This document shows, one piece after another, positions 19,899-29,747 of a DNA stretch of 64,000 nucleotides (position 1 is its first letter; every line of letters begins with the position of its first letter). The notes below the pieces were generated by a model, which saw only the letters and a list, made by a program, of their open reading frames with translations, did no database searches and was not told where the DNA came from. The position numbers and the translations under genes are program-made. The stretch spans positions 3,136,001-3,200,000 of the forward strand of contig OY761611.1 in NCBI GenBank assembly GCA_963664875.1. The letters run 5' to 3'. Source of the DNA: Candidatus Kapaibacterium sp. GTDB lineage: Bacteria; Bacteroidota; Ignavibacteria; Kapaibacteriales; UBA2268.

Positions 19899-19906
19899 GG
19901 GAAGCT

Positions 19907-20140
19907 ATGAAAAAAGGAATTCATCCGGCATATCATACTATCGAAGTTGTTATGACAGACGGTACGACTTTTCAGACTCGTTCTTGTTATAAAAAAGATC
20001 GTATGGTATTGGAGATTGACTCAAAATCGCATCCTTTCTACACAGGTAAACAAGTGCTTGTGGATACTGCAGGTCGTGTAGAAAGATTCAAAAAACGCTT
20101 TGAAAAAGCGCAGCAAATTCGAGAAACAAGGAGGAAATAA
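19907..20140 (+). CDS. rpmE: 50S ribosomal protein L31 (no Zn-ribbon CxC/CxxC)
   Basis: MKKGIHPAY...[19 protein letters not shown]. Confidence 0.96.
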   Translation: MKKGIHPAYHTIEVVMTDGTTFQTRSCYKKDRMVLEIDSKSHPFYTGKQVLVDTAGRVERFKKRFEKAQQIRETRRK

Positions 20141-20143
20141 GGC

Positions 20144-20407
20144 ATGGCGATTCATCCTATGCAATCCGGGGCGACGTTCAGACCAAATAAGCGAACCGGA
20201 AAGAAAAAACCTAATCCAATGAAAGAGCAAAGAGTAGTGGACTACCTTGATTCTAAATTCTTAGGTCGTTTTACTAACGATCAGGGTAAAATTTTACCTC
20301 GTAGAATCACTGGTGTTTCTGCTTACCAACAACGTCAAATTGCTAAAGCGATTAAATATTCTCGCCATTTAGCATTGATGCCGTTTGTTGCACAAGATAT
20401 CACTTAA
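20144..20407 (+). CDS. rpsR: 30S ribosomal protein S18 (Cys-free)
   Basis: [29 protein letters not shown]. Confidence 0.96.
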   Translation: MAIHPMQSGATFRPNKRTGKKKPNPMKEQRVVDYLDSKFLGRFTNDQGKILPRRITGVSAYQQRQIAKAIKYSRHLALMPFVAQDIT

Positions 20408-20433
20408 TCTGGTCAAGCAAAAGAAAATGTTAT

Positions 20434-20462
20434 AAAAAGGTTGTCTAAGGACAACCTTTTTT
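20434..20462 (+). terminator. Intrinsic terminator of the rpmE-rpsR operon
   Basis: AAAAAGGTTGTC-TAAG-GACAACCTTTTTT. Confidence 0.85.
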
Positions 20463-20545
20463 GTTGCATAACAATCCAATACATCAAATCATAAAATCTT
20501 CTACAATTCTATTCTTGATCTTAGATTTGACGGATACAACCACAT

Positions 20546-20576
20546 AAAAAAACAGCCCTGATAATAATCAGAGCTG
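20546..20576 (-). terminator. Intrinsic terminator of korAB
   Basis: CAGCCCTGAT...ATCAGAGCTG preceded by A7. Confidence 0.65.
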
Positions 20577-20606
20577 CTTCTAACTTAATCTATGTTACGA
20601 ATAAGA

Positions 20607-21656
20607 CTAACCGATTTCCCAGAAATCTTCGCCTTTCATAAGATCTACCAAATTACCTTCGCCGAGTTTGTCTTTAGCTGCCTGGATTTGGTCAACAACT
20701 AAGTCATTGTATGTTGGTTTTTCCAAATCAAGGAATACACCAAACGGACGAGGCACATTTGGATGGTATGTCATATTTGCTAAGATAAATGCAAGCATTG
20801 TATCTTTTTCGTTATGTACCATCAAATCATCTACTGAGTGAGAGCCATCAGTCAAAGATACAACTGTCGGAGTGAAACCGTCCAATTTGATGCCTTTATC
20901 TCTATTGACACCAAAAATCATTGGTTTGCCATGCTCTAACTGAATAGTGTTTTCAGCTCTTAAATCTTTTTCTGAGAAATTATCAAATGCATTATTGTTG
21001 AAAATAACACAGTTCGCATATACTTCGCAGAAAGATACACCTTTGTGAGCATTTGCTCTTTCAAATAGCATTTTCAAATCTTTAGGGTCTTTATCGATAC
21101 CGCGAGCAAAGAAAGTTGCTCCGGAACCCAAAGCCAATGCCGGTGGATTGAACGGATGATCTACCACGCCAAAAGGAGAAGATTTAGTTTTCTGACCTGG
21201 CTGAGAAGTAGGTGAGTACTGACCTTTAGTCAAAGAGTAAATCTCGTTATTGAACATAAGAATGTTCAAATCTATATTTCTACGGCATGCATGAATCATG
21301 TGATTACCACCAATACTCATACAGTCACCGTCGCCTGTGGCTACCCAAACTGACATATCAGGACGGGCAGTTTTCAAACCTGAAGCAATTGCTAAAGCAC
21401 GACCGTGGATTGAGTGAAATCCATAAACATCCATATAATAAGGGAAGCGGCTTGAACAGCCAATACCTGAAATAAAAGCAATCTTTTCTTTCGGTATTCC
21501 CAATTCAGGCATGATTTTTTGAACTTGGCTCAATATTGCATAACCACCGCATCCGGCACACCAACGAACATCTATACCTGCTTTAAAGTCTGCAGGTTTG
21601 TATTCTAATGTTCCTATATGGGGCTTAGTAACTATCGCATCTACATGTGTAAACAT
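20607..21656 (-). CDS. korB: 2-oxoacid:ferredoxin oxidoreductase beta subunit
   Basis: WCAGCG, SGIGCSSR, GDGD TPP motif; start set at MFTHVD. Confidence 0.92.
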   Translation of the reverse strand: MFTHVDAIVTKPHIGTLEYKPADFKAGIDVRWCAGCGGYAILSQVQKIMPELGIPKEKIAFISGIGCSSRFPYYMDVYGFHSIHGRALAIASGLKTARPDMSVWVATGDGDCMSIGGNHMIHACRRNIDLNILMFNNEIYSLTKGQYSPTSQPGQKTKSSPFGVVDHPFNPPALALGSGATFFARGIDKDPKDLKMLFERANAHKGVSFCEVYANCVIFNNNAFDNFSEKDLRAENTIQLEHGKPMIFGVNRDKGIKLDGFTPTVVSLTDGSHSVDDLMVHNEKDTMLAFILANMTYHPNVPRPFGVFLDLEKPTYNDLVVDQIQAAKDKLGEGNLVDLMKGEDFWEIG

Positions 21657-21657
21657 C

Positions 21658-23496
21658 TTATTTGCCCTCCTGTAACAATTCAATTACTCTTTCTTCTATT
21701 TCATGTGCGTTGAGCGGTTTGCCGTTTACTTTGTTAAATTGGATTACTTCTCTCAAATATTTTGAGCGAATCAAAGTAGCAAGATGACCTGTGTTCAATT
21801 CAGGTACAAGCACTTTGTCAAATTTAGCAAGTACATCTCCCATGTTTTTAGGGAATGGGTTTATGTGGCGCAAGTGTGCATAAGATACTTTTTTGCCTTC
21901 GCTTCTTAGTTTATCAAATGCATCTTTGATAGCTCCATAAGTACCACCCCAGCCGAGTATAAGAAGTTCGCCTGAGTCTTCGCCTTCTACGTGCAATTCA
22001 GGGATGCTGTTAGCAACTCTTTCTACTTTCTCAGCACGGAAAGCAATCATTTTCGCATGATTTTCAGGGTCATGAGAAACCAAACCGGTGATGTCTTCTT
22101 TTTCAAGACCGCCGATTCTGTGTTCCAAACCTTCTGTACCCGGTATAGCCCACATACGTGCAAGAGTTTCAGGATTGCGTTTGTAAGGAGCAAATGTATC
22201 TTTATCTGTAGCAAATTCTACTTTAATTTCAGGTATTTCATCCATAGATGGTATTCTCCATGGATTAGTACCCTGAGCGATGTAACCGTCTGTCAAGAGG
22301 ATTACAGGAGTCATATATTCCAAAGCGATTCTTGATGCTTCAACTGCTGCATCAAAGCAATCAGCAGCACTGTTTGCAGCAAGTATCGGCATTGGAGCTT
22401 CACCGTGCCTGCCATACATAGCCATAAGCAAGTCAGATTGCTCAGGTTTAGTAGGGAGACCGGTTGATGGACCTGCTCTCTGAACATCAACGATTACCAA
22501 AGGCAATTCTAATATCACAGCCAAGCCCATAGCTTCTACTTTCAATGAAAGACCAGGACCGCTCGTAGTGGTCAAAGCAAGATTGCCACCATAAGCAGCA
22601 CCGATAGCTGAGCAAATGCCTGCAATCTCGTCTTCTGCCTGATACGTTTTAACACCAAAGTTTTTATATTCTGATAAAAAGTGCAAAATTTCAGTAGCCG
22701 GAGTGATAGGGTAAGAGCCAAGGAACAAAGGCAGATTTGCCTTTCTCGAAGCTGCTACCATACCAAGAGCTACAGCATTGTTACCGGTGATGTTGCGATA
22801 AAATCCTTTTCTTAGTTCAGCATTTTGGATTTTGTACTGAACCTCGAATTTATCACTGTTTTTTGCATATTCATAGCCGGCTTTCAATACTTTAAGGTTT
22901 GAATCCAAAATTTCCGGTTTTTTGCCAAATTTAGTATGCAACCATTTTTCAGTTGGTTCCATTGGTCTGTCAAACAACCAGTATGTAACACCGAGAGCAA
23001 AGATGTTTTTAGTTCTTGCTACGTTTTTGGAAGACATACCTGTTTCAGCCAAAATATTTTTTACTTCTTCAGTCATGTCTATGGCAAATACTTTGAAGTC
23101 TGCCAAAGAGCCATTTTCTAAAGGATTTATCTCATATTTTGCTAATTCTAAGTTTTTCTTACCGAAACCGGCAGTATTGCAAATAATGATACCGCCTTTT
23201 TTTACCTGAGGTAGATTTACCTTGAGGGAAGAAGCGTTCATTGCTACAAGCACGTCAATTTCGCTGCCCGGAGTATTTACTTTTTTTGAACCAAATTGAA
23301 TCTGGTAAGCACTTACGCCATACAAGGTGCCTTCCGGGGCACGAATTTCTGAAGGATAATCAGGAAATGTATTGACATCATTACCTACAATACCGGACGT
23401 ATTCGAAAACTGTGTGCCGCTTAGCTGCATACCGTCTCCGGAGTCGCCGGCGAACCTTATCGTTACCTCTTGGAGGTATTCTACTTTTTGTTCCAT
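21658..23496 (-). CDS. korA: 2-oxoacid:ferredoxin oxidoreductase alpha subunit (gamma-alpha fusion)
   Basis: FAGDSGDGMQL, YPITP, QAEDEI, TSGPG. Confidence 0.93.
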   Translation of the reverse strand: MEQKVEYLQEVTIRFAGDSGDGMQLSGTQFSNTSGIVGNDVNTFPDYPSEIRAPEGTLYGVSAYQIQFGSKKVNTPGSEIDVLVAMNASSLKVNLPQVKKGGIIICNTAGFGKKNLELAKYEINPLENGSLADFKVFAIDMTEEVKNILAETGMSSKNVARTKNIFALGVTYWLFDRPMEPTEKWLHTKFGKKPEILDSNLKVLKAGYEYAKNSDKFEVQYKIQNAELRKGFYRNITGNNAVALGMVAASRKANLPLFLGSYPITPATEILHFLSEYKNFGVKTYQAEDEIAGICSAIGAAYGGNLALTTTSGPGLSLKVEAMGLAVILELPLVIVDVQRAGPSTGLPTKPEQSDLLMAMYGRHGEAPMPILAANSAADCFDAAVEASRIALEYMTPVILLTDGYIAQGTNPWRIPSMDEIPEIKVEFATDKDTFAPYKRNPETLARMWAIPGTEGLEHRIGGLEKEDITGLVSHDPENHAKMIAFRAEKVERVANSIPELHVEGEDSGELLILGWGGTYGAIKDAFDKLRSEGKKVSYAHLRHINPFPKNMGDVLAKFDKVLVPELNTGHLATLIRSKYLREVIQFNKVNGKPLNAHEIEERVIELLQEGK

Positions 23497-23689
23497 CTGG
23501 ATTTTAAAACCTTCTTACTTGTTTGTTTAACTAAAGAACTGATGAAGACTTAGCTTGTAAATTAGCAAAAATGCTAATAAAGTCAAGCATATTATTGTCT
23601 ATAAAGTTATTCTAATATATTTGTTGTTATATCATAACATTTAAGCAATACCTAAACAATTGCCTATATTTTATGTGAAAATAGGCAAT

Positions 23690-23779
23690 AAAAAAGGCAT
23701 ACATAAATTGTTTTCTTCATCTGTAGATTTATGTGCTTTTAAATCTAAGAAAAAAACAAATATCTATATGCCTTTTTTT
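23690..23779. terminator. Long imperfect hairpin, likely terminator
   Basis: AAAAAAGGCATA...TATGCCTTTTTT outer stem with inner TAGATTTA/TAAATCTA stem. Confidence 0.55.
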
Positions 23780-23806
23780 CGTTAAAAAAGAAAGTATATT
23801 TTTATG

Positions 23807-24805
23807 CTACAAAGAAACATGGTAATTAGTGAGAGCTTTCATGTATTGTGCTCTTTCAAATTTCGTAGCATCAGCGGCTTTTTGCTTGCTCATGCTGCCT
23901 TGCATCTGCATTATTGATTCGTATTCTTTATCATTCATCCAAGTCTGAAGATCAGTCAAAACAGTAGAAATGTGATTTATACCATATTTGAGTAGTGCCG
24001 ATGTCATCATTGCAACATTTGCACCTACCATCATCAGCTTGATTACGTCTTCTGCTGTGTGTACGCCGCCTGTAGCTGCAAAATCTGCCTTTATTCTGTA
24101 TTTCAATATTGCAATCCATCTGAGAGCTATTCTTATGTCAGATGAATCACTTAAAATGATGTTTGGTTCGATTTCGAGCTCATCAAGATTTATATCAGGC
24201 TGATAAAATCTGTTAAACAAAACTAATGCATCTGCTCCTGCTTCGTCAAACTTTTTCGCCGTACTTGCCATGTTTGTAAAGTAAGGGCTTAGCTTTAATG
24301 CCACAGGAATTTTTATGTGTGATTTGACTGTCTTAAGTATTTCTAAATACGAATTTTCAAGTTCGTCTGCACTCTTGTCAAACTCTGTCGGAACATTATA
24401 AATATTCAACTCAATTGCGTCTGCTCCTGCTGCTTCCATATCTTTTGCATATTCAGCCCAGCCACCTGGAGTAGAAGCATTAAGAGATGCAACGATCGGA
24501 ATATCCACTGCTTCTTTGGATTTTCTGATGTGGTTAAGATATTCGTCCGGTCCGAGCTTGTATTCATCAGGTTCAGGGAAATACGAAAGTGCTTCAGCGA
24601 AACTTTCTGTTCCTTGAGTAGTGTGGTAATAAAGGCTCTTTTGCTCTAAAGTCAGCTGCTCTTCAAAAAGCGAGTAAAGTACAACTGCAGATGCACCGGC
24701 ATCTTCCATTTGTTTGATGTTATCTAAAGATTCTGATAGCGGATTTGCAGAAACAACAAGTGGATTCTTTAATTCCTTGCCAAGAAAGTTAGTTTTAAGA
24801 TTCAT
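23807..24805 (-). CDS. Dihydroorotate dehydrogenase-like flavoprotein
   Basis: LKNPLVVSA, SLFEEQ, ELNI, KLSPYF, LFNRFYQPD, FERAQY. Confidence 0.9.
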   Translation of the reverse strand: MNLKTNFLGKELKNPLVVSANPLSESLDNIKQMEDAGASAVVLYSLFEEQLTLEQKSLYYHTTQGTESFAEALSYFPEPDEYKLGPDEYLNHIRKSKEAVDIPIVASLNASTPGGWAEYAKDMEAAGADAIELNIYNVPTEFDKSADELENSYLEILKTVKSHIKIPVALKLSPYFTNMASTAKKFDEAGADALVLFNRFYQPDINLDELEIEPNIILSDSSDIRIALRWIAILKYRIKADFAATGGVHTAEDVIKLMMVGANVAMMTSALLKYGINHISTVLTDLQTWMNDKEYESIMQMQGSMSKQKAADATKFERAQYMKALTNYHVSL

Positions 24806-24935
24806 AGTGTAAACCTCTAATGTATATTATCGATAGATTTAATTACTACAATAAAAAAACGGTCAATATGAAAAATATTGCTTATTAATTTAACTTTCTT
24901 GTGTCGTACTTTACTGTTGCAAAATGTGAATTCCC

Positions 24936-24978
24936 CAAAAAAAAATACCCGATATTATAAATACCGAGTATTTTTTTT
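24936..24978. terminator. Intrinsic terminator
   Basis: AAAAAAATACCCG...CGAGTATTTTTTT. Confidence 0.6.
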
Positions 24979-25000
24979 GACAAGTTATGATTATAGCAGA

Positions 25001-26497
25001 CTATTTAACTATTTTCAAAGCATGTGTGGTCTTACCGGCTCTAATCTGTACGATATAAACACCATTTGGATATTTGCTCATGTCAAAACTAATATCCTGA
25101 TTGTCTGCTTTTGCTTTGCTGCTAATATTAGCTAAGATGGCTCCGTTCAAATCGCATAAATTTAGTTCCAATTCTTCTGCGAGGTCGGACTGCAAAGAAA
25201 TATTGAGTGTATTCACAACAGGATTAGGATATGCTCTTACATTTAAAACTACTTCTCCCTTTGATTCTTCGATGCCTGTTGTTTTGAAGAAGTCATCAAA
25301 ATGGAATTCTGTAGCTTGTATATTCCATGAATATTCATCTGCTGTTGATAACGATAAAAGTATTTTTTGGTCGGCAGGTACTATTTCTATAGTCTGTAAG
25401 TTGTTTGACAGACCTGCAGCATTTTTAAGTACTTCCCAGCTTCTTGATATTGTCATTTTATCATTCAGTAGAAGGGCTTCCTGCAATCTGTCATATCGGT
25501 CACAACTTTCTGCATCTACAAGCTTTCTGAAGTGATTTGTTGCTACAAGGTTAGTGCCGCTTATATTACTGTTCTCATCTAAGACGCGAGATACAGTTCC
25601 ATTGTCCATGTCAGATTCTATTACTATGGCACTATCGCCGTTTGCTATAGCTCCTGCAGCATCTACTATGAATCCGCCACCGGTAGTTTTTGCACCAACT
25701 GCATCAAATAGGTCAGACGTATTGCAAACTCCGTCTTTATTGTAATCTTTCATCTCAATTGCATTTCGGATTGCAAGAAATATTGGCTCAATTTGTTTGC
25801 CCATTACACTTCCGGAAGGTTGATTGCCCATGTGTTGGAAAGCTACAAGACTGCTTTCATTTACACCCGATAAACATCCAAAAAGACCCGGGAAACCGAA
25901 AGATACCCATTTCTGCTCGTCTTCTTCTGATGGGTTGGCAGCTATTACGATGTGGTTATTATATAGCTCAGGTACTTTTTGCCAGTCAAGATGTCGGGTG
26001 ATGACAAGTTCGCCTTGTAAATCAGGATCCTGCAAAGTTGCGTCGCCCCAACTCATCAATGATGAGCATCCAAATAATGATTCGAGTTCTACTATACTGT
26101 TCGCAAACAGCATATCAAGAGCCTGTAAATCTCTACCCATAAACTCATTAAATCTTGCAGCATAGCTAGTAGCATTGAAGCCGTCTGCTATGCCTTTTGC
26201 TTCATCTTTGTATTTCTGATCTACAAGTAAAACAGTTTGCACAGCCATAAGGTAATTTGAATAATCGCCTTTGTTATTGTTAAAAATTCTTGCTATAAAA
26301 TAATCCATTAGCACAACATCTAACTGCTGAGCCATCAGATTGCCATAAGCATAGCCTCTTTCGTAGTGATTGCCCCAAACTTGGAGTACGGGGATTCCGT
26401 TTATCTCTGTGAGATTTCCTTTTACTTCCTGTGCCTGTATCTTTCCTGCAAAGGCAATAGAGGCAAACAGCAAAGCCGCAAAAAGTATTTTTTTCAT
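25001..26497 (-). CDS. Secreted C45-type Ntn-hydrolase with T9SS CTD
   Basis: Signal peptide from MKKILF, GNHYERGYAYG, G-CSS nucleophile site, RHLDW, TNHF, YPNP..CTD. Confidence 0.82.
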   Translation of the reverse strand: MKKILFAALLFASIAFAGKIQAQEVKGNLTEINGIPVLQVWGNHYERGYAYGNLMAQQLDVVLMDYFIARIFNNNKGDYSNYLMAVQTVLLVDQKYKDEAKGIADGFNATSYAARFNEFMGRDLQALDMLFANSIVELESLFGCSSLMSWGDATLQDPDLQGELVITRHLDWQKVPELYNNHIVIAANPSEEDEQKWVSFGFPGLFGCLSGVNESSLVAFQHMGNQPSGSVMGKQIEPIFLAIRNAIEMKDYNKDGVCNTSDLFDAVGAKTTGGGFIVDAAGAIANGDSAIVIESDMDNGTVSRVLDENSNISGTNLVATNHFRKLVDAESCDRYDRLQEALLLNDKMTISRSWEVLKNAAGLSNNLQTIEIVPADQKILLSLSTADEYSWNIQATEFHFDDFFKTTGIEESKGEVVLNVRAYPNPVVNTLNISLQSDLAEELELNLCDLNGAILANISSKAKADNQDISFDMSKYPNGVYIVQIRAGKTTHALKIVK

Positions 26498-26708
26498 ATC
26501 AATTCCTAACTGTATGTGATATAGATTGTGCAAAATAAGCCTTTATTTGTTCATATTTTATAAAATAATATTAGTAATGACAATAAATATAGGATGCTGT
26601 AAATAAATATGCAATAAATCTGTCCAATGTTTGTATTCTATATATATAGTAAGGTGTTGATTTACTTATCTATTAGGACTTTTCTAATGTCCGTTTTCTT
26701 TTGAATGT

Positions 26709-28580
26709 ATGTACTTCCGACTTGAGAAATATCGAATTACAGTTTTTTTTGCAACTGCTTTGTTGACTATGCTATCCGCCGAAATATTGGGTTTGTCTTA
26801 CTTGCTTACCCTTGTTCTGATAGTTATATTTTCCATTACGGCATTAGTAGCATATTTCAGGAGCAAGTTGGATGTATCATTTTTAGTAATTGCTATTGCT
26901 TTGGGCTTGGGAGTGCATTTTGCGAACTATCAAAAGGTATTGGAGTTTCCGGAAAAAATGATTGAACCCGTTCCCGGTATGTTCAAAGGAGAAATTGTAG
27001 AAGTCTTACGTCAAAATGATAAAGTAGCACGAATTGTCTGCAATGGAGAGGCAAAATGCAAGTATTTTCCACATTTCAAAAACACAACACTTCTACTGAC
27101 TATCTTCAAACGGGATACTATAATTTACAGAACGGGTGCTGAGATTATAGGTAATTTGGAATTGCGTCAGCCTCGGCCGGCTGACTTACCCACAGATTTT
27201 GATGAAATAAGCTACCTAAAATCCATAGGAGCAGATTTTCTTGCATTTGCCTCCGACAGAAACATTGCGCAAACTGACTCTCCTGAGTATTTCGAATCTT
27301 TACGTGAAAATCTTTATAATGCTATTTATAATTTGCTTTATCAAAATATGCAAGCCGATAATGCCGCTATTGCTTATGCTTTAATAACAGGAGACAAAGC
27401 AAAAATACCATGGCAGATTAAAAGAGAGTTTGCAGTTGCCGGTACTGCTCACATACTTGCGGTAAGCGGTTTGCATGTTGGCATCATTGCAATGGCTATT
27501 TATGTTGTTCTTGGTTTTGTGTCCAATCCAAAGATAAAGTTGTCAGCATTTGTTATGCTTCTGTTCGCTTATATATGGCTTACCGGATTTCGGGTCACTG
27601 CTTTAAGAGCAGGAATAATGCTGGTGCTTTTTATGTATTTCAAACTTCGGCAAAGGCAGGTCGCTGCCATAAATATTATTTCAGCAGTAGCTCTTATCAA
27701 TATTCTAATACAACCGAGTGTAATTTACAATATCGGTTTCCAAATGTCGATACTTGCAATTAGTGGTATCGTGCTGTTCTATGGGAAAATAAGGAGTGGA
27801 TTGATTTCAGTATTCAAACTTGAGATTGGCGAATCCAATATTATAGTCAACTCACTGGCATTATCATTTGCCACATCGATTACACTATCTCCGCTTATAG
27901 CATATTATTTCAAAATCTTTTCCGGAGTAGGTTTTTTAGCAAATATTTTGGTTGTTCCTGCAGCTTTGGGAGCTCTTTCGTTTAGTGCCTTAGGCATCTT
28001 ACTCGATTTTATTTTTATCGGAAATATTTTTATAGCAGCAGCAGATATGATAATCAGCATTATGCTATTTATCAATCATATCATTACATCTTCGTTTGCT
28101 TTTTTGATATTTGAAACAGATGCTTTGATTCTTGCAACTGCCTTTACGGGGGTATTGCTGATTTTACTTTATATAAAGAATATCACCATGAAGGCTGTTT
28201 CCGCTCTCTTCGTTGCAGGTGTGGCTATTATGTCTTTGATTTATCAACAGAACAGTGCTAAGTTCTATAAAATATATCCTCGAGAGCAGCTTACCGCAGT
28301 AGAAATAAACGGAGGCGAAAGAACTATCTTCTTACTAAGCGAAAGGAAGCCGAACCAATATGCAAAACGCGATTTGGCTCTTGAGCAATATATCCTGTCA
28401 AAAAAAGGAGATGTATCCATTGCTATTACCGGAAACAGCGGAATTAAACTAACTGATATGATTAAAGACAGTCTTAACTTCAAAATTGTTGAATTAGACC
28501 ATTCTTCTCAGTTACTTATGGAAAAATCCTTAAATTTGCCTATCAGACTTTCTCAGATTATTGAATACAACTATGAATAA
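26709..28580 (+). CDS. comEC: ComEC/Rec2 competence membrane protein
   Basis: AGTAHILAVSGLHVG, LRA, GFQMS; OB-like N-terminal region. Confidence 0.9.
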   Translation: MYFRLEKYRITVFFATALLTMLSAEILGLSYLLTLVLIVIFSITALVAYFRSKLDVSFLVIAIALGLGVHFANYQKVLEFPEKMIEPVPGMFKGEIVEVLRQNDKVARIVCNGEAKCKYFPHFKNTTLLLTIFKRDTIIYRTGAEIIGNLELRQPRPADLPTDFDEISYLKSIGADFLAFASDRNIAQTDSPEYFESLRENLYNAIYNLLYQNMQADNAAIAYALITGDKAKIPWQIKREFAVAGTAHILAVSGLHVGIIAMAIYVVLGFVSNPKIKLSAFVMLLFAYIWLTGFRVTALRAGIMLVLFMYFKLRQRQVAAINIISAVALINILIQPSVIYNIGFQMSILAISGIVLFYGKIRSGLISVFKLEIGESNIIVNSLALSFATSITLSPLIAYYFKIFSGVGFLANILVVPAALGALSFSALGILLDFIFIGNIFIAAADMIISIMLFINHIITSSFAFLIFETDALILATAFTGVLLILLYIKNITMKAVSALFVAGVAIMSLIYQQNSAKFYKIYPREQLTAVEINGGERTIFLLSERKPNQYAKRDLALEQYILSKKGDVSIAITGNSGIKLTDMIKDSLNFKIVELDHSSQLLMEKSLNLPIRLSQIIEYNYE

Positions 28581-29304
28581 TATAAAATTACTAACACCTG
28601 ATATTTTCCCGCAGGAAGTTTTTGCAGGAATTACATTAGCTAACAAAGACTCTTTTCCTCCACATGGTTTTTCCATTTTCCCCGGTAAAATTTTGCACGA
28701 TGACGAAGTAGAAAATCACAGGCACAGCCTTGCAGATTTGCTAAACGTAGAGCGAAAAGCTATGATATTTCAAAAGCAGGTACACACTGACGGCATAAAA
28801 CTTGTAAGCTTCGGTGAGCCAATTACTGAATCGGACGGTATGCTTTGCGGAGAAAAAGGCACAGTCCTAAATGTTACAGTAGCAGATTGCTGCGGTATAT
28901 TGATATTCGACCCTGTAAGCAAATCTATTGCTGCTCTGCATTCAGGCTGGAAAGGTACATCTTTGAACATTGCAGCGAAAGGAATAGCAAAGATGCAGGA
29001 AAATTTTGGCAGCCAACCGGATGATTTGCTTGTATGGCTTAGCCCCTGTACCGGAAAAGCAAATTACGAAGTCGAATGGGATGTTGCTCAGCATTTCAGC
29101 AACTTTGTAAGTAGAAAAAGCGAACATAAATATCTTTTAGATATTCGCGAACCTATTAAACAACAACTACTGGAAGCCGGCATTTCAGAATCCAATCTCC
29201 GAATAAGTACTGATTGTACCATAGCAGACCAAAGATTTCACTCATACCGCCGAGATAAAGAACTATCCGGCAGAATGAGTGCATTTATTCTGATAAAAGA
29301 GTAG
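28573..29304 (+). CDS. pgeF: Peptidoglycan editing factor / purine nucleoside phosphorylase (YfiH)
   Basis: QVHTD, VADC, HSGWKGT, FHSYRR...GRM. Confidence 0.92.
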   Translation: MNNIKLLTPDIFPQEVFAGITLANKDSFPPHGFSIFPGKILHDDEVENHRHSLADLLNVERKAMIFQKQVHTDGIKLVSFGEPITESDGMLCGEKGTVLNVTVADCCGILIFDPVSKSIAALHSGWKGTSLNIAAKGIAKMQENFGSQPDDLLVWLSPCTGKANYEVEWDVAQHFSNFVSRKSEHKYLLDIREPIKQQLLEAGISESNLRISTDCTIADQRFHSYRRDKELSGRMSAFILIKE

Positions 29305-29311
29305 GGGAGAG

Positions 29312-29734
29312 CTACTCCGCAAACTCAAATCTGAAGTTTATATTTACTTCAGGAGCTAAGCTCTTGGAGACAGGGCAGGTTTTAACTACGTTTGAAAGTA
29401 GCTGAAAATCTTTTTCGTCTAATCGATGAGGAAAACGTATTACTATGTCGAACTGACCTATGCGTCGCGTCGGCTCTGATACCATTTCTTTGACTACAGA
29501 AACTTTCATGCCTTTAATATCGATGCCCTTTGCTTCTGCTTTTATGCCCATTATAGTCGAAATACAGGAAGCAATAGAAGCTCCTGCCAAATCCGTAGGT
29601 GATATATATCTTGCTTTTCCGTTGTTATCCAATGGTGCATCTGTCAGAAAAGAGTTGCCAGATGGTACGTGTGTGATTCTGCAGCTTAAATCACCAAGAT
29701 AATCCACATCTATTTGAACTGTATGTTTGCTCAT
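29312..29734 (-). CDS. OsmC family protein
   Basis: TDAPLDNNG..SPTDL..ASC, TCPVSKSL. Confidence 0.9.
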   Translation of the reverse strand: MSKHTVQIDVDYLGDLSCRITHVPSGNSFLTDAPLDNNGKARYISPTDLAGASIASCISTIMGIKAEAKGIDIKGMKVSVVKEMVSEPTRRIGQFDIVIRFPHRLDEKDFQLLSNVVKTCPVSKSLAPEVNINFRFEFAE

Positions 29735-29747
29735 TTGTTTATCTCTC

